Assembly: GCA_964036045.1 (NCBI GenBank)
Contig: OZ038378.1
Coordinates: forward strand, 125,984,001 to 126,048,000
Origin: Eutreptiella sp. 'Long Island Sound 2002'
Lineage: Eukaryota > Protista > Euglenida
Direction of reading: 5' to 3'
DNA: 64,000 nucleotides
Shown here: positions 12,988 to 24,287 of the stretch, one piece after another
How positions within the stretch are numbered: the first letter of the stretch is position 1
Layout of the letters: each line of letters begins with the position of its first letter
Notes under the pieces: generated by a model
Databases searched by the model: none
What the model saw: the letters and a program-made list of their open reading frames with translations, nothing else
What the model was told of the DNA's origin: nothing
Position numbers and translations under genes: made by a program

Positions 12988-13139
12988 GGTATGTGGCAGC
13001 ACGAAACAACTACACGCAACATACATTAGTCTGGATGCACCCAATCGCACGTAGAAATAATATGGTGATTAGGGCGGCAAGAACAAGAAAGGACAAGGGA
13101 CAAAGAAAAGCAGTGCAGTGTATAGGAAAGATAGAAAAT

Positions 13140-13400
13140 TCAGCCATTTTTTGTGTGCTTGTGCATCTTTTCATAAAACGCGTTCATAAAACGATCGGCG
13201 CGTTCATAAAACGAGTTCTGAATTATGAATTGAATTATGAACTGTATTATGAACAGGAGTGGACGTTTGCATAATTTGCAAAAATTGGCAAAAATGACAA
13301 TTTTTCGAAAAAACCCCCGGTCCACAAAAAAAACTGACCTCGAGGGTGTTGACCCAACCCCCGCCAGTTTTGAACGAAAATGGCCCATGGGTACCCTAGC
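13140..13400 (+). mobile_element. Putative DNA-transposon right end (TTCATAAAACG and AATTATGAA sub-repeats, ending GGCCCATGGGTACCCTAG); second copy about 18620-18880
   Basis: Short tandem sub-terminal motifs and a palindromic CTAG terminus after the truncated transposase. No matching left end found. Confidence 0.35.
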
Positions 13401-13769
13401 AAGAGCAAAATGCGTTTATATTTCATAAAGCAATTTATGATGAACGAAACTATCTTTGATATAGGTACCAAGGGACTTTAGGTAGGTGACGGGGTAAAAT
13501 TGATGCCCTAGTTTCATACCGCAACATCCATCGAAATTTCCATCCCAAACGGACACACAACCGCCAAATGGTGCCCACAACCCAAAGCGACCTGAGCCGG
13601 CATTCTTGTATGGTGGCCATGAGCAAGAATTCGCAGGAATTCGTACCAAATTGATGCCATTTCTCTGCCAATCGACATGAATTCCACTTGAGAACGCGTC
13701 AACCGTTGCCAAAATACCCCCCCTATGCACACCATGCACCTCTCCATGCACCCAATCCAATAGGCAACT

Positions 13770-14600
13770 TTATCCTCGTCCTTGATGCATTCTCATATCC
13801 ATTTCTTGCAACATCACAACCCCCTCTCTAAGGTCTAGAGCCGCTCCTTTTCGGTCAAAAACCGTCGTTTTGTACGGCCCAACTACGTCCGTATAGTGAT
13901 GGACTCTTGCCCATAATGTGCACTTTTTGTGGCGCCCCAAACATGTGCCGCAAGGCAATGAGCAATGCTATGGCTGTCCACGACCACTTGCACCCCCAAG
14001 CCTTCCCCAGAAGAGGGTTCGGCTCCCGTTGTTGTGCGCTTTGCCCTCCGGTGGGTCCCCTCCTTGGAGAAGCAGGAGAACTGTAACAAGATTCTCCGCT
14101 TGTTTACGAAAAAAATACATGTGGTCGCTCCGAAGCTGCGTCCACAGAAACTAGCCCCACTGAAGCTTAACATGGCTAGTGCCCATGGCTATACTATGTC
14201 CGCGGAGCCGCCCCCGTGATGCGGTAGACCGCTTGGCGAACACGCACACACTTGCAAACTTTGATACTAAGTATTGCAAACCTACTCCAAACTTGTCCCA
14301 AATACCTAATGTTGCCACACACTTAGGTGCTTCAGGCAAGTGTCAATGACCTTTTGCCGCCGGTTGTTCCGCATGAAGCGTATGGCAGCTGCAAGTTCCA
14401 TTTGGGCCCCCCGTTGTTGTTCGCCTTCTCATTGTTCAATGAAGCAAACGTGCAAATTTTCGCCGCAAGCCGTGCCTCGTCCAAAATAGGGTGCAACATA
14501 GTTCGGGCAACATTGGCGGCTGCTTGCTATGGCGTTGGTGAGATTCCGATGCGGGGGGCAGGGGGGGCTTGTACCTACCAATGGAGCATTTGCATATAGC
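13770..14600 (-). pseudogene. Unidentified decayed coding remnant (duplicate about 19250-20080)
   Basis: Protein-like stretches across frameshifts (AIRFMRNNRRQKVIDTCLKHL; GIWDKFGVGLQYLVSKF; CGACLGRHKKCTLWARVHHY). Family not recognised. Confidence 0.3.
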
Positions 14601-14899
14601 AAGGAAGAAGGTAATATGTATTCCACACATTGTTGTGCGTGTAAACGGCTTCTCTTGTACACTAGCACGGAGGGCGGCTTTCTCTATCATTGCGCATGAT
14701 ACACATGAGAAGGGGAGGGGGTGTTGTATATTGGCACGGGTCTTGTTTGTTATCGCTACTAGTTTTTGGTGGTGCCTCTCTCGCCATGGGTGTGTAGCTG
14801 CATGCACACATCATATGCACTTGGGGTAGGGAGGATTCTATTCCTATTCCTTGAACATCTCTGTGTCCAAAAAAGATGCCACATAATGCCACATACTTG

Positions 14900-15135
14900 G
14901 AGGGACAGCATGACAGTTCCACGTGGGATGCTACACCATTCACACGCGATTCCAGCACAACGCACAACACGTAACCAGCATCTACTACGACGCAGTACAA
15001 TAGCCAGCCACTGCACACGAAGACCAAGTTGCCCCAACACCCAACACAACATCTCCCCATTCACGCTTTGGGAAATGCCCTCCTTATGGTTCCATAGCTC
15101 ACAAAGAACGGAAGAAATGATAGCACCCCAATAAG
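14900..15135 (+). mobile_element. Probable non-LTR retrotransposon ORF2 C-terminal (zf-RVT-like) remnant; duplicate about 20380-20617
   Basis: QHLLRRSTIASHC...SCPNTQHNISPFTLWEMPSLW resembles the decayed LW.KLP...RL...CP.C...ET..H..W.C pattern. Confidence 0.3.
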
Positions 15136-16300
15136 AACGCGCCCAGAGAGGAAAACACATGACAACCGACCAACACACACACACCACAACGACAAAACAC
15201 GCAATTTAGGCGCACACAGTTGGGCTCGACTTCGATTCATTGGACCACCCATCGCGGTAACCTCACCATGCCGATGGGCATCAAATGGTATGGTACAAAA
15301 GAAGGCCATTGTGCAACAACAAAGCAGACACAAGAGTAGATTGCTCACACGGACATGAAATTGAATGAATGAATGGTTTCCTCATCAGGTAACATGCACC
15401 GGATCACAGAGTTACACCGTTGCATCACATCGTTGCATGAGCGTTCATGCACCTATTTTAGCACACCGTTCGTCGTCCCTTTGGATTGTCCGATTGGGTT
15501 TGGTGTGGACCTTATTAAAAGTAAGGCTACAAGGTGCATGCCAGCCGGTGTGAACACACCCACATCATTGGCCGGTATCTCCACATGCCATGATACATGC
15601 CTACCATCGTGTGATGCACGACAAACGGAGGTGGTTCATGTGTAGGTTGGTTGTGTTTGCTCATGTCCAGAAAAACTTTCCTTACATTGCCTGCCCACCT
15701 CCCATCCCCATATGATGCCATGATAAGTCAGGAAGCACACGGTGTGTTTGCTTGCCTCTTGTCCATGTGGCAACCATATGCTATTTCCTTAAGAGCCCAA
15801 AGCAGTGCACCACGACCTGTAGAACACCTTGCCTCTTGTTAACATGCTCCAGCCTAGAGCCATTGGTGAGCTACCTTGGCTGCGGATCTCCAGAATATGC
15901 AGCACACACCATAACCGTCTTTGAAGCTGAAGAGAGGTGCTTCACTTCCGTGAGGAGGTGTCTCCGCTTGCGTGCATCTGTCTATGATGTGCTGCGTGTG
16001 CTCATGGTTTTGTGTGTGCTTGTCTTGGGGTGCTTTTGTATGCCTGTAAATATGTTCTGTTTGTATCAAATTGGGTATCTACGTGTTGTATTGGGTGCGC
16101 CTTGTACATTCATTCTCACGGACAGTGTTACGGTCCACCTATAAGCCGGGAACAATGAAGAGGGGTCTGCTACTGTTGTCGGCCACTTGCCTCAAGCCCA
16201 CCTCTTGATGATCCGCAGTGCATGCGATTGGTTGGCCGATTGGTTTGCATGCCCCATTTGACTGCCAAACGGGATTCTAAATCAAAGACGCGGCAGGTAC

Positions 16301-16679
16301 TTATTTGTTGGTTTTTTCTCTCAGCAATTTTGCCTCAACGAGAATTAGCAGGCACATGACATGACATGACATGACATGATATCTCGGAATTTGTATGCAC
16401 ATGGATGCGTGCATTACTCCCATTTATTACCAAAGTACGAGCACCAAAACTTTTGGGTTTTGCCTCCTGTTCTCATATTTTGCTTTGTATTGTGCCTTTC
16501 AAAGTCACTAGGTGTTCCAAAATACAAATGAAGCACATGAAGGAAACGCAAGAACCAAAAGAAGGATAAGATCATAGCCGCAGTCCCAAAAAGAGATGGT
16601 GTAGTATCTAGATTACAAGAAATTTAACATAGAGACTGAATTGTGACTACATATTCGGATACATCGTAAAAAAAAGATT
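16301..16679 (+). mobile_element. 379-bp AT-rich insertion unit, copy 1
   Basis: TTATTTGTTGG...(CATGA)n...AAAAAAAGATT. Near-identical reverse-complement copy at 26740-27118 with the same two boundaries. No TIR or TSD seen. Confidence 0.85.
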
Positions 16680-16690
16680 CAGATTTTGTT

Positions 16691-16985
16691 ATGTCTTACC
16701 CCCCCTCGGTCTCCACGGAGCTCAACATGATGCTTGTTCGCCTCAGTGGTGCCACGAGTCTTCGGGACAGCAAGTGTTCCGACCTGTTGGCCCAATGGAT
16801 GTCATCGTCCCCCCTCATCCGGGCCCGTTTTACGGAGGCAATGGACAACGCTCCCCTCCCGGCGGTCCACAAAACCAAGGTGCGGGCCATCCGTACGTAT
16901 GAGGAGGTCCTCATTCCCGCACCCTATCTGATAGGGCTCCTTTTGGAGTTGGGTGCACCCCGGTCCGGCTTTGTGGTGTTGTATG
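16691..16985 (+). pseudogene. Third, shorter copy of the same transposase N-terminal fragment
   Basis: MSYPPSVSTELNMMLVRLSGATSLRDSKCSDLLAQW...GAPRSGFVVL, which then jumps into the start of duplication copy 2. Confidence 0.6.
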
Positions 16986-19900
16986 TGAGCTGCAAGCACC
17001 CGAGGTGCTCTTGCACGGGGCCTTGAAAGCCCTAGTGTACCCTTCTTGAACGGGGATTAGGCGGTCTTTGAATGGAGGATTTAGATTGGACCAATTTGCC
17101 TAAAATTTTAGGGTTCTTCAGAAATCGCTTTATTTTTGGTTGCATCCCTACGTACCTGTTCGAAAAGTAGTATTGTTCATAATTAATTTTTCATACATGA
17201 ACGATTCATATATGAACCATGAATTATGAACACCTTTTATGAACGCTTCTTTGTCCACAGATTTTGTTATGTCTTACCCCCCCTCGGTCTCCACGGAGCT
17301 CAACATGATGCTTGTTCGGCTCAGTGGTGCCACGAGTCTTCGGGACAGCAAGTGTTCCGACCTGTTAGCCCAATGGATGTCATCGTCCCCCCTCATCCGG
17401 CCCCGTTTTACGGAGGCAATGGACAACGCTCCCCTCCCGGCGGTCCACAAAACCAAGGTGCAGGCCATCCGTACGTATGCAGAGGTCCTCATTCCCGCAC
17501 CCTATCTCATAGGGCTCCTTTTGGAGTTGGGTGCACCCGGGTCCGGCTTTGTGGTGTTGTCTGAGTACATCAACCGCCCGGGCGAGGCCTACACCGCCCG
17601 CACCTGGCTGCCCTTCCCTCGGCCCATCCCCACACGGGACCAATTTGACGCAACGTGGAAGTCGCCTAACGGACACGTGGGTGGCGAGTACGCCCTGCTG
17701 GGCGAGCCTTGGGCAGTTGGGGTGGGAGGGGTGTGCTAACGAGGAGATCCTGCTGTCCAGTTGTGGGTTGAGCCCCCCCGACCCCGGCAAACCCCGCAGC
17801 ACCTCCCCACCAAAGCCCCCCCCCGCCGAGAAACCCAAACCGCCTGCGCTGCCCCCCCCCCCCCAACCCACGCAACCCAAAAAAGCCCCCCCCCCCCCCC
17901 TCCGAAGCGCAAGTCTTTCGAATCGGGCAGCAGCTCATCGTCGGCCCAGGCACACCCCCGTGGACACGGGAAGGGGGTGAAGGGGAAGCAGCTGCAGCAG
18001 CAAAAGCAGCGCGAGCAACCGCCCTCTTTGGAGGAGGATGAGTTACCTGACGCCCTCCTTTGTGAACAAGTGTATGTGCCCTACAGCGATGGTGTCTACC
18101 CGGGGGTTGTAACCTCGGTTGTGGAGGGGGGGGGGAGTGTGGGTGGAAAACTTTGGGGAAAAGGAGATGTTTCGGGTTGAGATGCATCTGTGGTATGCCT
18201 CTCATGTTGCAGCAATGACCCATTGGGAGCAGCAAAAGGCTGCAGCTGCAGGTAAGAAGGCCGCCAAGGCCAAAAAGAAGCCTAACCCCAAACCAGACGC
18301 CGACCCGCCAGTTGAGCCAGCCCCCAAGCTAGCTAAGCCGGAACCCAAGCCTGAGGCTAAGCAGGTCCCTCAGCCCAAGCCCAAAGCTGCCCCTAAGGCC
18401 GCACCCATTGAGGCGGATGCCCCAGTGCCATCCTCGGCCCAACCGGCAGCCCAACCACGTACCCAAACCCGTGTCCAGGCCCCGGATGGGGGCGAAAGCC
18501 AGGCCACGGCCCCCCTTCGAGAGGACCCGACAGGCCCTAGCCCTCAGGTTTAGGGCGGCGAGAACAAGAAAGGACAAGGGACAAAGAAAAGCAGTGCAGT
18601 GTATAGGAAAGATAGAAAATTCAGCCATTTTTTGTGTGCTTGTGCACCTTTTCATAAAACGCGTTCATAAAACGATCGGCGCGTTCATAAAACGAGTTCT
18701 GAATTATGAATTAAATTATGAACTGTATTATGAACAGGAGTGGACGTTTGCATAATTTGCAAAAATTGGCAAAAATGACAATTTTTCGAAAAAACCCCCG
18801 GTCCACAAAAAAAACTCACCTCGAGGGTGTTGACCCAACCCCCGCCAGTTTTGAACGAAAATGGCCCATGGGTACCCTAGCAAGAGCAAAATGCGTTTAT
18901 ATTTCATAAAGCAATTTATGATGATTGAAACTATCTTTGATATAGGTACCAAGGGACTTTAGGTAGGTGACGGGGTAAAATTGATGCCCTAGTTTCATAC
19001 CGCAACATCCATCGAAATTTCCATCCCAAACGGACACACAACCGCCAAATGGTGCCCACAACCCAAAGCGACCTGAGCCGGCATTCTTGTGTGGTGGCCA
19101 TGAGCAAGAATTCGCAGGAATTCGTACCAAATTGATGCCATTTCTCTGCCAATCGACATGAATTCCACTTGAGAACGCGTCAACCGGTGCCAAAATACAC
19201 CCCCTATGCACACCATGCACCTCTCCATGCACCCCATGCAATAGGCAACTTTATCCTCGTCCTTGATGCAGTCTCAGATCCATTTCTTGCAACATCACAA
19301 CCCCCTCTCTAACGTCAAGAGGCGCTCCTTTTCGGGCAAAAACCGTCGTTTTGTACGGCCCAACTACGTCCGTATAGTGATGGACTCTTGCCCATAATGT
19401 GCACTTTTTGTGGCGCCCCAAACATGCGCCGCAAGGCAATCAGCAATGCTATGGCTGTCCACGACCACTTGCACCCCCAAGCCTTCCCCAGAAGAGGGTT
19501 CGGCTCCCGTTGTTGTGCGCTTTGCCCTCCGGTGGGTCCCCTCCTTGGAGAAGCAGCAGAACTGTGACAAGATTCTCCGCTTGTTTACGAAAAAAATACA
19601 TGTGGTCGCTCCGAAGCTGCGTCCACAGAAACTAGCCCCAATGAAGCTTAACATGGCTAGTGCCCATGGCTATACTATGTCCACGGAGCCGCCCCCGTGA
19701 TGCGGTAGACCGCTTGGCGAACACGCACACACTTGCAAACTTTGATACTAAGTATTGCAAACCTACTCCAAACTTGTCCCAAATACCTAATGTTGCCACA
19801 CACTTAGGTGCTTCAGGCAAGTGTCAATGACCTTTTGCCGCCGGTTGTTCCGCATGAAGCGTATGGCAGCTGCAAGTTCCATTTGGGCCTCCCCGCTGTT

Positions 19901-21780
19901 GTTCGCCTTCTCATTGTTCAATGAAGCAAACGTGCAAATTTTCGCTGCAAGCCGTACCCTGTTCAAAATAGGGTGCAACATAGTTCGGGCAACATTGGCG
20001 GCTGCTTGCTATGGCGTTGGTGAGATTCCGATGCGGGGGGCAGGGGGAAGCTTGTACCTACCAATTGAGCGTTTGCATATAGCAAGGAAGAAGGTAATAT
20101 GTATTCCACACATTGTTGTGCGTGTAAACGGCTTCTCTTGTACACTAGCACGGAGGGCGGCTTTCTCTATCATTGCGCATGATACACATGAGAAGGGGAG
20201 GGGGTGTTGTATATTGGCACGGGTCTTGTTTGTTATCGCTACTAGTTTTTGGTGGTGCCTCTCTCGCCATGGGTGTGTAGCTGCATGCACACATCATATG
20301 CACTTGGGGTAGGGAGGATTCTATTCCTATTCCTTGAACATCTCTGTGTCCAAAAAAGATGCCACATAATGCCACATACTTGGAGGGACAGCATTACAGT
20401 TCCACGTGGGATGCTACACCATTCACACGCGATTCCAGCACAGCGCACAACACGTAACCAGCATCTACTACGACGCAGTACAGTAGCCAGCCACTGCACA
20501 CGAAGACCAAGTTGCCCCAACACCCAACACAACATCTCCCCATTCACGCTTTGGGAAATGCCCTCCTTATGGTTCCATAGCTCACAAAGAACGGAAGAAA
20601 TGATAGCAGCCAAATAAGAACGCGCCCAGAGAGGAAAACACATGACAACAGACCAACACACACACACCACAGCGACATAACACGCAATTTAGGCGCACAC
20701 AGTTGGGCTCGACTTCGATTCATTGGACCACCCATCGCGGTAACCTCACCATGCCGATGGGCATCAAATGGTATGGTACAAAAGAGGGCCATTGTGCAAC
20801 AACAAAGCAGTCACAAGAGTAGATTGCTCACACGGACATGAAATTGAATGAATGAATGGTTTCCTCATCAGGTAACATGCACCGGATCACAGAGTTACAC
20901 CGTTGCATCACATCGTTGCATGAGCGTTCATGCACCTATTTTAGCACGCCCTTCGTCGTTCCTTTGGATTGTCCATTTTTGGTGTGGACCTTTTTAAAAG
21001 TAAGGCTACAAGGTGCATGCCAGCCGGTGTGAACACACCCACATCATTGGCCGGTATCTCCACATGCCATGCTACATGCCTACCATCGGGTGATGCACAA
21101 CAAACGGAGGTGGTTCATGTGTAGGTTGGTTGTGTTTGCTCATGTCCAGAAAAACTTTCCTTACATTGCCTGCCCACCTCCCATCCCCATATGATGCAAT
21201 GATAAATCGGGAAGCACACGGTGTGTTTGCTTGCCTCTTGTCCATGTGGCAACCATATGCCATTACCTTCAAGAGCCCAAAGCAGTGCACCCCCAGCTGT
21301 AGAACACCTTGCCTCTTGTTAACATGCTCAAGCCTAGAGCCATTGGTGAGCTACCTTGGCTGCGGATCTCCAGAATATGCAGCACACACCCCAACCGTCT
21401 TTGAAGCTGAAGAGAGGTGCTTCACTTCCGTGAGGAGGTGTCTCCGCTAGCGTGCATCTGTCTATGATGTGCTGCGGGTGCTCATGGTTTTGTGTGTGCT
21501 TGTCTTGGGGTGCTTTTGTATGCCCATGAATATGTTCTGTTTGTATCAAATTGGGTATCTACGTGTTGTATTGGGTGCGCCTTGTACATTCATTCTTACA
21601 GACAGTGTTACGCTCCACCTATGAGCCGGGAACAATGAGGAGGGGTCTGTTGCTGTTGTCGGTTACGTGCCTCAAGCCCACCTCTTGATGATCCGCAGTG
21701 CATGCGATTGGTTGGCCGATTGGTTTGCATGCCCCATTTGACTGCCAAGCGGGATTCTAAATCAAAGACGCGGCAGGTAC
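16985..21780 (+). repeat. Segmental duplication II, copy 2 (about 4.8 kb)
   Basis: As copy 1, but 17942-18549 carries about 610 bp of coding-like sequence where copy 1 has an unrelated about 200-bp (CA)n-containing block (12871-13068). Confidence 0.95.
17239..18553 (+). pseudogene. Transposase N-terminal fragment followed (with frameshifts) by Pro/Lys-rich linkers and a possible Tudor-like domain
   Basis: ORF 17239-17739 matches 12229-12663. Downstream EQVYVPYSDGVYPGVVTSVVEGG(G)VWVENFGEKEMFRVEMHLWYA (about 18065-18200) has an aromatic-rich beta-strand pattern. Confidence 0.45.
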
Positions 21781-22289
21781 AGTAGGCCAATACAGTCAAT
21801 ATCTGCCTATATCTGCACCACTAGGCTCCATCCTTCGATGTTTCGGTTAGCCCGCCACATGTCAGCCCCATGCGGGGGTCGAGCATTCGCTGCAGCGGAT
21901 GTCCTCTGTCCCAACGCACGATGGAGGCTTGCTCGTTGTCTAGACCCATGCCGAAGGCACCAACTTGGCACCTCAGTGCCATGATGTACCCAGGAGGAAC
22001 CCTGCTCACTGTGATGTTATGATCCTTGGCTGACCCCTATGCCTCGGCCTCGTGTGCCCATGACCCGAGCGGGCACTCATCCCACCTGACATTAGAATGA
22101 TCACCTAATCCAAAGGGGTTGGGAGGGGGTGCTGGCAGGGGGTGCAAAGCAAGGTGCAGTGTGGAGGTTAGGACGGGAAGGGAGCAGGTGACCCCGACTA
22201 GAAACCCCAGCACCCGAGGAGCACTAGCCGCCACACTCGCCTTACTACCAACACTAACCTTCGAACACGCCGGTCACGGTTCCCCCTCG

Positions 22290-23649
22290 TGAGTGGAGCC
22301 TTCGCATCCCACAACTGAAGCAATCCTTCGTGGCTTTCCTCCGACAACACGAGATAGTACAGCTTTGTGGCCCCTCAACATCGCGGCTTCACATTATATG
22401 CAGGAGGGTTCGTGGTGCCTGCAAAATGCTTCATTCTGTCTGTTCATCGGTCTGCCATGCAATGAGGAAGTCCGCCAGGAACGGGCTTTGAGAAGCGAGT
22501 CCTGATCAGAGACTCGACTGAGAAGTTAGTCCGTGAAGGGGTTCGTGATAACAAAGGGGTCCCTGAAATGGGGTTCTCGGCAGGGATGCTGATCAAGTCG
22601 GGGTTCTAAGTTTGGGTTTCTGATGGGGTTCCTGATCACATCCCAGAACCCCCCGCATTGCCTGTCTCACCGGTTTTCCTTGTAGGTCACTGGTGACGTC
22701 TGACCGACACTGGTGGTGGATGAGCAAGTGTTCCTGGGCAACGGGCCTGCAGCAGAGGATGCACGAGAAAGGTTACAAGTGCCCCAGATGCAAATCACAA
22801 CGGTGCGCCCGGGCCCCATGTGTCTTGGGCAACACCACCGAAGGCATCAAAGAATATCCGGGCTCTAACGGAGTGCATCATGGGACAAGGCAATACGAGG
22901 TGGTACAAGCAGTGCGCACTTTGAATCAAATGGCGGAAGCAGGGCAAGACACGCCTTATGGAGCTCAACCGTGTGCTGCATGTGGTATACGAGAGCACCG
23001 ATGCCCTTGGGACAGGTACTTGGCTTTTCACAACGGTTGCGTATGGCAAGTCTGGCAAGTATGAACACATTTGCTGGTAGGATGGGCGGCAGGTCTGCAA
23101 GCGAGCAAAGATGATCAGCTCCTTGTCTTCTGTGGCTGGTGCATACCTCTCCGCGCCGGCGTTGCGACATGCACACCACAAGGAGTTTGAGTATAGGGAA
23201 GCAGGATTTGGGGTATTTGGGCGGCCCCGCGTATGTCAAGATCGAGGATGAAGGGGACGATGAACCGCCCTTTGCAATGCCGGCACCACGCAAACGGAGC
23301 AAGCTGGAGCATTAGACGAAGGCGGGCCAGGTGGGTCAGGTGGCTGTGGCGACCCTGGACCATCACACGGTTGATGACCTCTGTGCCCAAGTGTCCTCTA
23401 CTGCAAGGGCGGCTGTCCACGAAGGCGTGAAGCCGAAACCAGGGTCCCAAGAGACCCGGATTGCGTGCCTCGGCAAGGAGACAAACGGCCTCAGGCAACG
23501 GGTCGACCACTTGCAGCGCAGCGTAGATGTTTTGCAAGAAGCAGCGGTTCAGGCAGGGGCGGAGATGGCGGGCCTTCGGATGGATGTTGTGCGGCGCACG
23601 GAGGAAAACACACGGCTGCGATTGGAAGATTACAATGGAGCGGTGTAGC
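22290..23649 (+). pseudogene. Decayed Cys-rich (Zn-finger-like) + coiled-coil gene upstream of transposase 2
   Basis: The exon after acceptor TTTTCCTTGTAG| (22685) encodes KCPRCKSQRC and PCAACGIREHRCPW. The C-terminal heptad-like segment ETRIACLGKETNGLRQRVDHLQRSVDVLQEAAVQAGAEMAGLRMDV ends at TAG 23649. Internal stops. Confidence 0.5.
22488..22685 (+). repeat. Cluster of GAGAAGGGGTTCCTGATCA-type motifs (putative intron)
   Basis: Several degenerate copies ending at a pyrimidine-rich AG acceptor. Related clusters at 24336-24503, 26261-26350 and 28530-28680. Confidence 0.7.
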
Positions 23650-24287
23650 AACTAGTGGACCATCTTGGTGGTGACAGTCCCATGAGGGGCAGCCAAGACA
23701 TGGGCATGGGCGGTGGCACCCGTAGCATGTGCAGCCCCCATGAGATGCCGAACGTGATCCCCTCACCAACGTCCATGGTTCAACGAAAGAATTAGCGGTA
23801 TAACGTGCGTGAAGTCTCCAGCCCAACCCCCACCCCCCGCAGTGCGAACACGAAACAGTGGTGTGCAGTGCAGCGGCAGTATACACGTATGCATGTCAGG
23901 ATTCATGGAAAGGGGGTTTGCGGAAGTCACGGGTTTTGGTCACAGGAATCGCGCTTGTCAGTCATTAGGTAGGCGTTGCGCACACAGTGCGCAGCAACTA
24001 AGTGCATGCACAAGTGTGGCCATATATACACCCCTATGGACATTGTGCGCAACGCCGTCAGGGTTGCGGCAACCTTGCTACGACTGGCTTTCACTGTCTG
24101 TTTGTTTCCCTCTGGTGATGCTTTGCGCAAAGTGTGCCCGAACATTGACATGAACTTCATGTGGAGTGCGACACAAAGTGCAGAACGGTTGTGCTTTTTT
24201 GTTTGCGTGAGTCCACCCCCCCCCCCTGACGGGGGATGGGAACCCCCCCCCCCCCTGGGTGCACGTGTCCCTGCAAATGTCTGAAAA

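Larger units (their letters stand above)
11912..16300 (+). repeat. Segmental duplication II, copy 1 (about 4.4 kb)
   Basis: Near-identical to 16985-21780 from GTGAGCTGCAAGCACCCGA to ATCAAAGACGCGGCAGGTAC. Paired ORFs in the track (e.g. 13416/18897, 14759/20242). Confidence 0.95.

Noticed and set aside
13385-13400. Helitron 3' end (hairpin + CTAG)
   Set aside because: The CTAG is followed by C rather than T, the palindrome directly abuts CTAG, and no 5' TC end or RepHel was seen.
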